A model generated the notes under the pieces. It made no database searches, was not told where the DNA came from, and saw nothing but the letters and a program-made list of their open reading frames with translations. A program made the position numbers and the translations under genes. 16,737 nt of DNA from Escherichia coli (GTDB lineage: Bacteria; Pseudomonadota; Gammaproteobacteria; Enterobacterales; Enterobacteriaceae), in assembly GCF_003334385.1 (NCBI RefSeq), contig NZ_QOWN01000064.1. One strand, written 5' to 3'. Positions 1 to 7,837 of this stretch are shown one piece after another. How positions within the stretch are numbered: the stretch's first letter is position 1; every line of letters begins with the position of its first letter.

Positions 1-119
1 TTACAGAAAAAATACCGCTCACCGCCCTGTACCGTCAGGTCGATTTCCCAGAGCACCACCCGCGGTGACTGCTCTGATTTAACCGACTCGTTCAGACTTT
101 CTTCGTGAATATCCTGCAT
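1..119 (-). CDS. L: Minor tail protein L, N-terminal part only (gene continues beyond window start)
   Basis: Reverse-complement translation from ATG at 117-119 gives MQDIHEESLNESVKSEQSPRVVLWEIDLTVQGGERYFFC, closely matching the remembered N-terminus of lambda gpL; start overlaps M stop (ATGA). Truncated by window edge. Confidence 0.8.
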   Translation of the reverse strand, partial: MQDIHEESLNESVKSEQSPRVVLWEIDLTVQGGERYFFC

Positions 120-448
120 CAGTTCACCACCTGCTTAAACTCCGCGCTGAACTCAACGCGCAACATCCCGACCCGCGCAGACCACCCGGCACAGGTCACC
201 TTTATCTGCCGGTATGCATAGGGTGGCTTCCACAAAAATGCCTTCCAGCCACCGTGCTCTGCCAGAAACGCTTCCAGATGCCGGGCCTCCTCCCGGGTCA
301 CGGAAAGCATCACCCGGTATGTTTTCAGGTCAGCATTCAGCCCTGCCGCCATACGCTGTGAGTACCCGTCACCAAAACGCACTTCACGCACCGATGGCTG
401 CGAGTTCACCTCCATATCCGGCTTCACTTTCCAGCGAAATGTTTTCAT
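119..448 (-). CDS. M: Minor tail protein M
   Basis: 109-aa ORF, MKTFRWKVKP...LRVEFSAEFKQVVN, near-collinear with remembered lambda gpM (109 aa). ATG start at 446-448 overlaps H stop. Confidence 0.9.
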   Translation of the reverse strand: MKTFRWKVKPDMEVNSQPSVREVRFGDGYSQRMAAGLNADLKTYRVMLSVTREEARHLEAFLAEHGGWKAFLWKPPYAYRQIKVTCAGWSARVGMLRVEFSAEFKQVVN

Positions 449-3018
449 CGCCCGCTCCCCGATAACAGACCGCCATCACGCAACTGCAGCCGGAGCTCAT
501 CCTGCGCACCTTTACGGGCCATCTCATACACCGCTTTCATCAGCTGCGGCCCGGCCTGTCCGTTGATGCCGTCGTTCTGAATCACCACGTGATTGTTCTG
601 ATTAAAATTAATGCCTTCGGCCCGCCGCATCTGCGCCGGACTTCCGGCAGCACCCACATACCCCCCTTCCGCATAGCCCCGCATCAGGCGGTACAGGTTC
701 CCGACACCAATCCGGCTGGTTGCCTCCTTCGTGAAGACAAACTCCCCGCGGTGGACAATCCCCGCTGGCTCATATTTGCCACCGGTTCCCGTAAATCCCC
801 CGGTCGCGAAATGGAAGTTCGCCGCCGCAGCCTGAATGGCCGTCCCCGTGGAAGCGGATGCGCCACCACCGAAAGCACCACCAATGGCGCTGCCGATACG
901 CCCGACAATCCCCACCATCGCCTGCTTCAGAAAAATCTCTGTCAGCATGGAGAGCACGGAACGGGTGAAACCACGCCAGTTCTGTTCGCTGCCGGTCAGC
1001 ATCGCTGCCATATTCTGTGCAATACCGTCAAAGGTCTGCGTGGCCGCGCTTTTAACCTGCGAAAAACTGTCCGTCGCACTTTCCGCCCACTCGCCCCAGC
1101 CGGACTTCAGACCCGCCATCCAGCTTCCACGAAGCTGCTCCTCCGCAGACCAGGTGTTCTTCAGTGCAGATGTGGCCTTCGCCAGCGCATCCGGATTATC
1201 ACCGTACACGTCACGAAGGCGCTGCTCTTCCGACTCCCGCTGCGCCTGACGGTCGGTGAGGCCGCGGGCTTTTGCGCTGATGGCGGCCTGCTTCGCGCTC
1301 TGCTGCTGTTCAAACCGCGCCGCCTGCTGTGCCAGCTCATTCAGCCGTTTCTGGTGTTCAACCTTGTCGCCCAGGTCAGCCAGCTGGCGTTTGTACTCCA
1401 GCGTCTCTTTCTCATGGGCCAGCAGGGATTTTTCCTGCTCAGATAACTGCCGTTTCGTGGCGGCCTCTTTCAGGACCACATACTGATTTTCCGCTTCCCA
1501 TAAATCCCGGCGCTGCTGGCTGATTTTCTCATTCACACCGCTGTGTTTTTCCAGCGTCCTGAGCTCGGTTTCAAGCGCCAGCATGGCTGCATGCGCCCGG
1601 TCTTCCTGGCGCTCACCGGCAGACACCTTCACACCGGACGGCTTTTTCTGCGTCGACTCATAATCCTTTTTTGCCGACGCCATCAGCGTGTTGTAATCCG
1701 CCTGCAGGATTTTCCCGTCTTTCAGGGCCTTATTCAGCTCTTCCTGCCGGGCGGTATATTTCTCCAGTGGCGTCAGCAGGCGCTCATACGCCTTCTGCGC
1801 CTCTCCGGTATACTTCAGCTGTGACGACTCACGCTCAGCCCTGTCCCTTGCCGCCAGTTCACCGGCTTTTTCCATATCCGACTGCAGCGTTGCCGCTGCC
1901 AGACCCAGACGGGCATTTTCCCGGTCATCCCATGCGCCCTGAAGGTTGGCCCGGAAAGAGGAGGTTTTACCGCGGCGCTGGCTCCGGCTCTGGTACCACT
2001 GCCATTTTTTATCCGCCTCATCAAATGCCTTCTGCGCACTGGCGAGCATATCCGCTGAGGATTCCGGACGACCGATATCCAGAATGGCATCCCACATCGA
2101 TTTGAATGCCTTCCCTGTTTTATCCGCCCAGGTCTCCAGTGTTCCCATGTTTTCTTTCAGGCGACGGGTCTGCTCATCAAAGCCTTTCGTGGCGATATCG
2201 TTCGCCGCCTGTAAGGCCCCGGCCTCGTCTCCGGAACGCTGCAGTTGTGCAACATACGCAATCTGCTCTGCCGTCACGTTACGGAACTGGCGCGCCATCG
2301 CCATCAGTCCCGACGTCGGGTCGGTGGTCAGTTTTCCGAAAGCCTCTGCAACCTTGTCCACTTCAACACCGGATGCAGACGCAAAACGCGCGACACTCTG
2401 GTTAATGGCATCAAACTGTTCACCACCACGCACACCGGCATTCACCAGGGCTGCCAGTGACTCTCTCGCCTGGTTAAACGTCAGCCCTGCTGCCTGCCCG
2501 GCTCTTGAGAGCGTCAGCATACGATCGGCAGTCAGTCCGGCCTGATTGCCGGAAAGGACCAGCGTTTTATTAAATTCTGAAAGCGTGGAATCCCCCTGGT
2601 ACCAGGCGTACGCCAGCGCACCTGTCGCCACCGCCAGCGAGGTGACCCCGACCATCGGCAGGGTGATCGCACCGGCAAGCCCCCTGAACATGGGGATCAT
2701 CCCGCCGAAGGAGTCCTTCACCTGACCGCCCTGTTGCAGCAGGATCAGCCAGGGATTCTGACCACCGGCAAGCTGCGTGGCGATATCCGTAAACTGTGCG
2801 GGCAGGGTTCGCATGGCCGCTTTATACTGCCCGACGGAAATCCCGGCTTTTTGTGCGGCCAGCGCCTGACGGTTCAGACTCTGCTCAACGGCACCGGCGG
2901 TTTTTCTGGCATCATTCTCCAGTCCTGAAAAATGACGCCTTACCCGGCTCATCTGCTCATCGAAACGGACAGCATCCAGACTCAGGTCAATAACAAGATC
3001 ACCAACCGGCTGGGACAT
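445..3018 (-). CDS. H: Tail tape measure protein
   Basis: 857-aa ORF, size and position match lambda gpH (853 aa); long coiled-coil/Ala-Gln-rich central region and Gly-rich C-terminal part typical of tape measure proteins. ATG at 3016-3018. Confidence 0.9.
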   Translation of the reverse strand: MSQPVGDLVIDLSLDAVRFDEQMSRVRRHFSGLENDARKTAGAVEQSLNRQALAAQKAGISVGQYKAAMRTLPAQFTDIATQLAGGQNPWLILLQQGGQVKDSFGGMIPMFRGLAGAITLPMVGVTSLAVATGALAYAWYQGDSTLSEFNKTLVLSGNQAGLTADRMLTLSRAGQAAGLTFNQARESLAALVNAGVRGGEQFDAINQSVARFASASGVEVDKVAEAFGKLTTDPTSGLMAMARQFRNVTAEQIAYVAQLQRSGDEAGALQAANDIATKGFDEQTRRLKENMGTLETWADKTGKAFKSMWDAILDIGRPESSADMLASAQKAFDEADKKWQWYQSRSQRRGKTSSFRANLQGAWDDRENARLGLAAATLQSDMEKAGELAARDRAERESSQLKYTGEAQKAYERLLTPLEKYTARQEELNKALKDGKILQADYNTLMASAKKDYESTQKKPSGVKVSAGERQEDRAHAAMLALETELRTLEKHSGVNEKISQQRRDLWEAENQYVVLKEAATKRQLSEQEKSLLAHEKETLEYKRQLADLGDKVEHQKRLNELAQQAARFEQQQSAKQAAISAKARGLTDRQAQRESEEQRLRDVYGDNPDALAKATSALKNTWSAEEQLRGSWMAGLKSGWGEWAESATDSFSQVKSAATQTFDGIAQNMAAMLTGSEQNWRGFTRSVLSMLTEIFLKQAMVGIVGRIGSAIGGAFGGGASASTGTAIQAAAANFHFATGGFTGTGGKYEPAGIVHRGEFVFTKEATSRIGVGNLYRLMRGYAEGGYVGAAGSPAQMRRAEGINFNQNNHVVIQNDGINGQAGPQLMKAVYEMARKGAQDELRLQLRDGGLLSGSGR

Positions 3019-3870
3019 ATCTCACACCTCCGGAAATCCCCGCTGAAGCCATCATTAATGCAACATCATCCTCGCTGACATCCACCACATCTGCAGAAGG
3101 TGAAATATCGCCCCCTCCCTCCCCACCGAACCGGACGCCTCCGGCAAGTCCTGCCGCTTTCTGCATCAGCATGTCTTCCTCATCCGGCATCTCCGTCTGC
3201 GCTTCCTCTCGCCGGGGAGCCAGCAGACTGAAATCCGAGGGATGCATATCCGGATCGCAAAAAAACAGGCTGAGTACGGCGTACATCAGCCCGGAAAAAT
3301 GCATATCCAGTTGGGTATCCTGAAAATAATGCGTGCGGTAAAAATGTCGCCAGTCGGCATATTCGGTGGATGTCATCCCGGCAAGCATGGCGCGCCAGTC
3401 AGGCCTCCCCATCTCACGCGCCAGTCTGAGGGCAAAATTCAGCTCGCCGTCGAAAACTTTCCCGCAGAAAAATCATCATCAGTCAGCGCGTTATTTTTCG
3501 CCACTTCGGTGCTGTCAGTATCCGCATGAACAGCCCCGCTCATCCCGGACAGACGTAACACCACCTCTTCCGCCCGGGCAATGGCATCAGCCGGCCAGGT
3601 CGTCAGCACATCCTGTTCGATCTGCATCACGGCCTCATTCATTGACAGCAGCTGCACTTTCTCCGGATGGTTATGCCACAGGGACATCGCCACCAGAAAC
3701 GCGCCGGTTCTGACAAGATCTTCCACACTCACCTGCAGGTTGCCGCTGGCTTCAGCCTCTTCTGCCCGCCGTTTCAGCAGGGCAAGATGCTCGATACGCT
3801 GCAGCGCAGACAGCTCCGAAAGCGTGACAGACACACCGTTATATTCAAATTGTTCTGTTTTAAGAAACAT
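2999..3870 (-). CDS. T: Tail assembly chaperone G-T fusion produced by programmed -1 ribosomal frameshift
   Basis: The -1 frame ORF (2999..3412) overlaps the 3' end of G. Slippery heptamer GGGAAAG (minus strand, plus coordinates 3457-3463) is in the G frame as G GGA AAG, and a -1 shift there enters the T frame (checked by codon phase). Same architecture as lambda G/GT. Confidence 0.75.
3439..3870 (-). CDS. G: Tail assembly chaperone G
   Basis: Translation from ATG at 3868-3870 (MFLKTEQFEYNGVSVTLSELSALQRIEHLALLKRRAEE...) matches remembered lambda gpG along its length. The track ORF starts 18 nt further upstream at an alternative start. Confidence 0.9.
   Translation of the reverse strand: MFLKTEQFEYNGVSVTLSELSALQRIEHLALLKRRAEEAEASGNLQVSVEDLVRTGAFLVAMSLWHNHPEKVQLLSMNEAVMQIEQDVLTTWPADAIARAEEVVLRLSGMSGAVHADTDSTEVAKNNALTDDDFSAGKFSTAS
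3457..3463 (-). promoter_or_regulatory. -1 programmed ribosomal frameshift slippery site (G GGA AAG)
   Basis: Heptamer read directly; it lies 5 codons before the G stop and is in the correct phase to join the G and T frames. Confidence 0.7.
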
Positions 3871-3891
3871 GCGTGTTCTCCTAAACACCCG

Positions 3892-4638
3892 TTACGCGGC
3901 AGGGACATTAACGGTTACTGTCGCCAGAGCAACAAAATTACCGTTATCACTCATGACCACGACCGACGTTGTTCCTTTCTCAAGTGCGTTTACCGTCACT
4001 GTGTTCTCCTTCAACGTGGCTGTGGCCACCGCACGATGCACGGTCGACACCCTTAATGAAGGATCAGACGCATTATCCGGCAACACAGCCACAGTAAGTG
4101 TGCCTGCCTTCCCTTTTTCTAGGGTCAGGGTTTCCGGTTTAATGGTCACACCGGAGACCGGCGTAATTTTAGTGAGATTTTCAGCCATCGACGGGCGTCC
4201 CACATTGGTAACTTTCACCGTTCTGGTGATCACTTCCTTCGCCGTCACGGCCTTACCGATACTGCTGACCCAGCCACTGAACACATCCACCGTACCATTC
4301 GGGAACCGGATTTTATAGGCCCGGACATCCCCGCTTTCAAACCATGCGATAAGCCCTTTCTGACCTTTCTCACCCGGTTTCCAGGCCAGCGTAAAACTGG
4401 TATCACCTGCAGATTTCTGTCCCTGCCCGGTCGCGGTCCAGTCCGCGTCTTCATCATCCAGGTAGTTATCATCGTAGGATTCAGCCGTCATCTCGCCCGG
4501 CGTCAGATCCTTCACCTTAGCCAGTCGCTGCCAGTCATCGTCTGACAACGGGTTTGCATAAGCATCAGCCTTGCCGTTGTAAACCCACAGAGTGGTACCG
4601 GCACCTTTTACCGGCTCCAGGGGATTTGGTGTTGCCAT
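3892..4638 (-). CDS. V: Major tail protein V (with C-terminal Ig-like domain)
   Basis: 248-aa ORF; N-terminal two thirds ([16 protein letters not shown]...[32 protein letters not shown]...[43 protein letters not shown]) closely matches remembered lambda gpV; C-terminal ~80 aa is a Thr/Val-rich Ig-like extension. Confidence 0.92.
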   Translation of the reverse strand: MATPNPLEPVKGAGTTLWVYNGKADAYANPLSDDDWQRLAKVKDLTPGEMTAESYDDNYLDDEDADWTATGQGQKSAGDTSFTLAWKPGEKGQKGLIAWFESGDVRAYKIRFPNGTVDVFSGWVSSIGKAVTAKEVITRTVKVTNVGRPSMAENLTKITPVSGVTIKPETLTLEKGKAGTLTVAVLPDNASDPSLRVSTVHRAVATATLKENTVTVNALEKGTTSVVVMSDNGNFVALATVTVNVPAA

Positions 4639-4645
4639 ATCGTCC

Positions 4646-5041
4646 TCACATCTCGTATGTAATGGAATAAGTCAGATCCGCAGAGCTCCATAACGCCATA
4701 TCGTCATCACGATGATACTCATAGCCCTGCGTAACCATCGTGGTAATCAGTCCTGCCAGTGCCGGGATCGCAGTCATCGCCGGATAAATCCGGCTTTCCA
4801 TCCACTGATCGAGCTCCGAATCAGGTACCTGTGCCGGTAAAAACACCTCAATATGCAGCGTGGCCCGCCATGTATCTGCATCCAGCTCTTCACCGGTATA
4901 CTCTGCATCCGTCAGATAAACCGCGATCGCAGGAAAATCCTCTTCGTCAAAAACAACGGGGCGACCATCAAACAGCGTCGCCCCGTGTTCATGCTGCTCG
5001 AGTGCATCCAGCACTGCGGCACGAATGTCAGTGTGTTTCAT
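4646..5041 (-). CDS. U: Tail terminator protein U
   Basis: 131-aa [57 protein letters not shown]..., near-identical in pattern to remembered lambda gpU (131 aa). Start ATG overlaps Z stop. Confidence 0.9.
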   Translation of the reverse strand: MKHTDIRAAVLDALEQHEHGATLFDGRPVVFDEEDFPAIAVYLTDAEYTGEELDADTWRATLHIEVFLPAQVPDSELDQWMESRIYPAMTAIPALAGLITTMVTQGYEYHRDDDMALWSSADLTYSITYEM

Positions 5042-5571
5042 CGTTTTATTGCAATCCTCAGTTGTTGTTTCAGCGCGTATGCCAGTTCTTTAGGCAGGCG
5101 TTCACGCCGGATACGGTCAACATTCTCATCAAATGCCTGTTTCAGTGGGGCCGCCATCGGGATTTTCACCACATCAATGGGGTAACGGTTTTTCCCGGCC
5201 ACACGCTGCATGACATGCCAGCGACCATTTTTTAATCGCTGAATAAATGCCCGCTGATACCGATGCTGACCGGCTTTAAGTATGCTGTCCGGGCGACGCC
5301 CCAGCATCCTGATCCCCAGCTTAATCACAGGGAGATCACCGCGGTTAACGATAATTCTGGCATTCGGATTTCTGACCGTCGCCCGTTTCAGTCTGGACCG
5401 TTCCTTTACCAGTTTCCGTCTCACCCTGATTTCCCGGGCAACCTGTGACGAAGACTGATTAATCGCCGTTGTGGCCACGCGGTTAATCGTCATTGCTGAA
5501 GCCGCCGGAATGGCGTTTTTACGAACCCGGCTCAGATTATCAATCGCCTGATCAAGCCCTTTTATCGCCAT
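5038..5571 (-). CDS. Z: Minor tail protein Z (tail completion)
   Basis: 177-aa ORF, MAIKGLDQAIDNLSRVRKNAIPAASAMTINRVATTAINQSSSQVAREIRVRRKLVKER..., matches remembered lambda gpZ. Confidence 0.9.
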   Translation of the reverse strand: MAIKGLDQAIDNLSRVRKNAIPAASAMTINRVATTAINQSSSQVAREIRVRRKLVKERSRLKRATVRNPNARIIVNRGDLPVIKLGIRMLGRRPDSILKAGQHRYQRAFIQRLKNGRWHVMQRVAGKNRYPIDVVKIPMAAPLKQAFDENVDRIRRERLPKELAYALKQQLRIAIKR

Positions 5572-5586
5572 AATTTCACCCTGCGT

Positions 5587-5940
5587 TTATCGTCGCCGGT
5601 TAACAGCGGGTGGTTGCCCACGGTTGAGCCAGAGATAACAGCTTCCCCCGTCATCCGGAGAAACACGATCCACCCAGAACATCTCGCCGTTAATGGTCAG
5701 CGTGTCACCACGCCGCACGGCACGCACCGTATCCGTCCGCACAAATAATGACGGGCTGCTTCCTTCAATACGGACCCCGCCACCGGCAAAACCCAGCGAC
5801 TCCGGATCGTCAAAAACCCCCTGAACTTCGCCGCCACGTTGTGCTCCGGAGGTGAACTGCGCACGGATCCCCATCACTTCAACGATCGTACTGTCCACCC
5901 CGGCGAGGGCAGCATCAAAGGCATTCTGAAAATCACGCAT
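5587..5940 (-). CDS. FII: Head-tail connector protein FII
   Basis: 117-aa ORF ending ...FWVDRVSPDDGGSCYLWLNRGQPPAVNRRR, matching remembered lambda gpFII (117 aa). Confidence 0.9.
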   Translation of the reverse strand: MRDFQNAFDAALAGVDSTIVEVMGIRAQFTSGAQRGGEVQGVFDDPESLGFAGGGVRIEGSSPSLFVRTDTVRAVRRGDTLTINGEMFWVDRVSPDDGGSCYLWLNRGQPPAVNRRR

Positions 5941-6316
5941 ATTCAGCCGTTCCGTGCTGTATCATGGCCGTTGCCAGTGATGATGGCACCAGAACACGCA
6001 TACCCCGTAACGCCAGCTCAACGGGACGACCTGTCTCCGGGCAATACCCCATTACTTGCAGGCACTTCCGTACCCGGACGGCTTTAACATCATCCGGAGC
6101 ATCCGTGTTGTTCAACTGCTCACCATCGTCTGTGTGATTTTGATCAGCCCCGCTCTCATCAGAGTGCATAATGCCCTCCGGGGAAACAGCAAGCTCCTCT
6201 TCCCACTCAGACACACGTTGAGCAATATCCGCAGCACTCCCCGACATATCCGCCTCGCGCCCCAGCAGGCCAGCCAGTTGACGAAGACGATTCAGATTTT
6301 CTTCTTTTGTTGCCAT
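5933..6316 (-). CDS. FI: DNA packaging / head assembly protein FI
   Basis: Position between E and FII and an acidic central region are typical of gpFI. Start chosen at ATG 6314-6316 (MATKEENLNRLRQLAGLL...), which has an AGGAGG 6 nt upstream; the track ORF extends to 6364 from a non-ATG start. Sequence similarity to lambda FI is weaker than for neighbours. Confidence 0.75.
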   Translation of the reverse strand: MATKEENLNRLRQLAGLLGREADMSGSAADIAQRVSEWEEELAVSPEGIMHSDESGADQNHTDDGEQLNNTDAPDDVKAVRVRKCLQVMGYCPETGRPVELALRGMRVLVPSSLATAMIQHGTAEYA

Positions 6317-6330
6317 CTCAGCCTCCTGTG

Positions 6331-6360
6331 AAAAAAGACACGGGGGCATTTCGCCCCCGC
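6331..6360 (-). terminator. Intrinsic terminator-like hairpin immediately downstream of major capsid gene E
   Basis: Plus-strand CGGGGGC-atttc-GCCCCCG (stem 6341-6347 / 6353-6359), followed on the minus (transcribed) strand by TCTTTTTTC. Likely a partial terminator/attenuator or mRNA stabiliser. Confidence 0.4.
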
Positions 6361-6367
6361 TCACGGA

Positions 6368-7396
6368 TTATTTCACCTGTACCACCACAAACTCATCCGG
6401 ATCCGGCAGCACCATCAGCGGAGCGGACTGCGTCATGGTGAATTCACGGGCCGGATCGCCCACAGTCAGCCAGTGTTTCGGATAACGGGAAGAGGCCACC
6501 ACACCTTCGGACAACGCCTGCGCATCCTGAATGGCACCATAGCAACGAATGCCCTCTGCTGCCGTATTCCCCAGGACCAGTGTGCCCTCCGGCAGATAAC
6601 GTTTTTCGGTACCGTCCTCTGCCACATAAGACGTTTTCGCCACCACAATGGCCAGATCGCCGTAATACCCCTTGAAGGACACCACCGCCCCCAGGTCTTT
6701 CACTGCCGTTTCGAGTTGTGAATTTGAGCCGCGACGGGTATCCAGTTTTTCGCGGAACAGCTTAAAGCCATTCAGCAGACGCCAGACCGTACCGTCCATA
6801 ATGGCGATATTCACAAGGCCGCTGGCCTGATCGCAGTAGAGGTCAATATCATGCGTCGGATCAAACGTATCACGGTCCTGCTCAGACCATTTTTTACCGT
6901 CAGCCTGCTCAATGTTATTTCCTTCAGAGCGCCCGAAATCCACCTCGACAGTATCAAACTGATCCCCTTCCATGGTGTATTTGCCATACAGCACGGCATT
7001 CACCGCCTGCATTTCTTCCACCTGGACAATGGCGTGCTCTTCCTGTTTGAGGTTATCGGTAATGATACGCAGACGACGGTAGGCCGGGTCATTCAGCTGA
7101 GCCGGATCTTCACCAGGAAGGCGCTCAACCGCCTGCTGGTAATTAAATTCGTGTTTGGGCTTGACGTAGCCCGGACGTAACACGCGGGTTTCACCACCGC
7201 GATGGCGAAGCACTTTTCCTTCAACAACCGGGGAGACATAGGCTGCCACCGGCGTTTTTCCGGTAATTTTGTCCAGCATCACCTCTTCGGTGTGGAAATT
7301 CACCGTACGGCGGAAAAACAGCTCCAGAAACAGCGCACGGAATTTCACTTTTTGTTCGGTATAACCGAGTAACTGGCGGGTCGTAAACAATCCCAT
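6368..7396 (-). CDS. E: Major capsid protein E
   Basis: 342-aa ORF with long collinear matches to remembered lambda gpE (341 aa), e.g. VKPKHE, DPAYRRLRII, QVEEMQAV, YGKYTM, DTRRGSNS, LETAVKDLG, YPKHWLTVGDPAREFTMTQSAPLM. Confidence 0.93.
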   Translation of the reverse strand: MGLFTTRQLLGYTEQKVKFRALFLELFFRRTVNFHTEEVMLDKITGKTPVAAYVSPVVEGKVLRHRGGETRVLRPGYVKPKHEFNYQQAVERLPGEDPAQLNDPAYRRLRIITDNLKQEEHAIVQVEEMQAVNAVLYGKYTMEGDQFDTVEVDFGRSEGNNIEQADGKKWSEQDRDTFDPTHDIDLYCDQASGLVNIAIMDGTVWRLLNGFKLFREKLDTRRGSNSQLETAVKDLGAVVSFKGYYGDLAIVVAKTSYVAEDGTEKRYLPEGTLVLGNTAAEGIRCYGAIQDAQALSEGVVASSRYPKHWLTVGDPAREFTMTQSAPLMVLPDPDEFVVVQVK

Positions 7397-7424
7397 AAAT
7401 CAGTTCCTTTCATTCAGAAATCAG

Positions 7425-7446
7425 TCAGGCCACCATGGTGGCCTGA
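7425..7446. promoter_or_regulatory. Perfect palindrome CAGGCCACCATGGTGGCCTG in the D-E intergenic region
   Basis: 20-bp perfect inverted repeat at 7426-7445 (extendable by one pair), between the D stop (7454) and E start (7396). Could be an RNA hairpin or a protein-binding site. Confidence 0.35.
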
Positions 7447-7453
7447 TAACGTG

Positions 7454-7801
7454 TTACGGCAGAGCCGCGTGACTCAGGGCTGTACCGGCAAAGGCATTTG
7501 CCTTTTTGTGTTCATCCACACTGTCAGGCCAGCGGATTGCCTCCGTCGCAAAGGTCCCCGACTTGTAATAGGTCAGCACCGTCTCTGTGCCTTCAAGCGG
7601 CAGTACCAGTATGCCAGCCGCACTACCGGCTTTCTGTCCATCCCAGACCACCAGTTTCCCGCTGGCTTCATCCAGCATCAGGGGCGTCAGAGCCGGTGTT
7701 GCCTGAGAAATCCCGCTGCTGCCTGTGGCGGTATGAGCCGGATCATTACCGGCAAAAATACGTACTTCCGCACGTTGTTCAGTGATGGTTTTCGTCACCA
7801 T
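7454..7801 (-). CDS. D: Head decoration protein D
   Basis: 115-aa ORF with DPAHTAT, TPLMLD, KLVVWDG, YKSGTF, KKANAFAGTA motifs matching remembered lambda gpD (110 aa). Confidence 0.9.
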   Translation of the reverse strand: MVTKTITEQRAEVRIFAGNDPAHTATGSSGISQATPALTPLMLDEASGKLVVWDGQKAGSAAGILVLPLEGTETVLTYYKSGTFATEAIRWPDSVDEHKKANAFAGTALSHAALP

Positions 7802-7837
7802 TTTGTTAAAACCTCATATTGATGGTCAGCACTGACT

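Noticed and set aside
589-1446. Long plus-strand ORFs (e.g. 589..1446, 836..1249, 1946..2545) inside the tape measure gene
   Set aside because: They lie antisense to a strongly supported minus-strand gene, have low-complexity Arg/Pro/Ala-rich translations typical of shadow frames in GC-rich DNA, and lack convincing SD sequences.
3581-4318. Plus-strand 245-aa ORF overlapping G and V
   Set aside because: Antisense shadow ORF across two well-supported tail genes; Ser/Thr/Cys-rich translation without a recognisable domain.
7826-7837. Short palindrome GTCAGTGCTGAC just after the C stop codon
   Set aside because: Only 5-bp arms with a 2-nt spacer; too short to distinguish from chance, and it overlaps the D ribosome-binding region.
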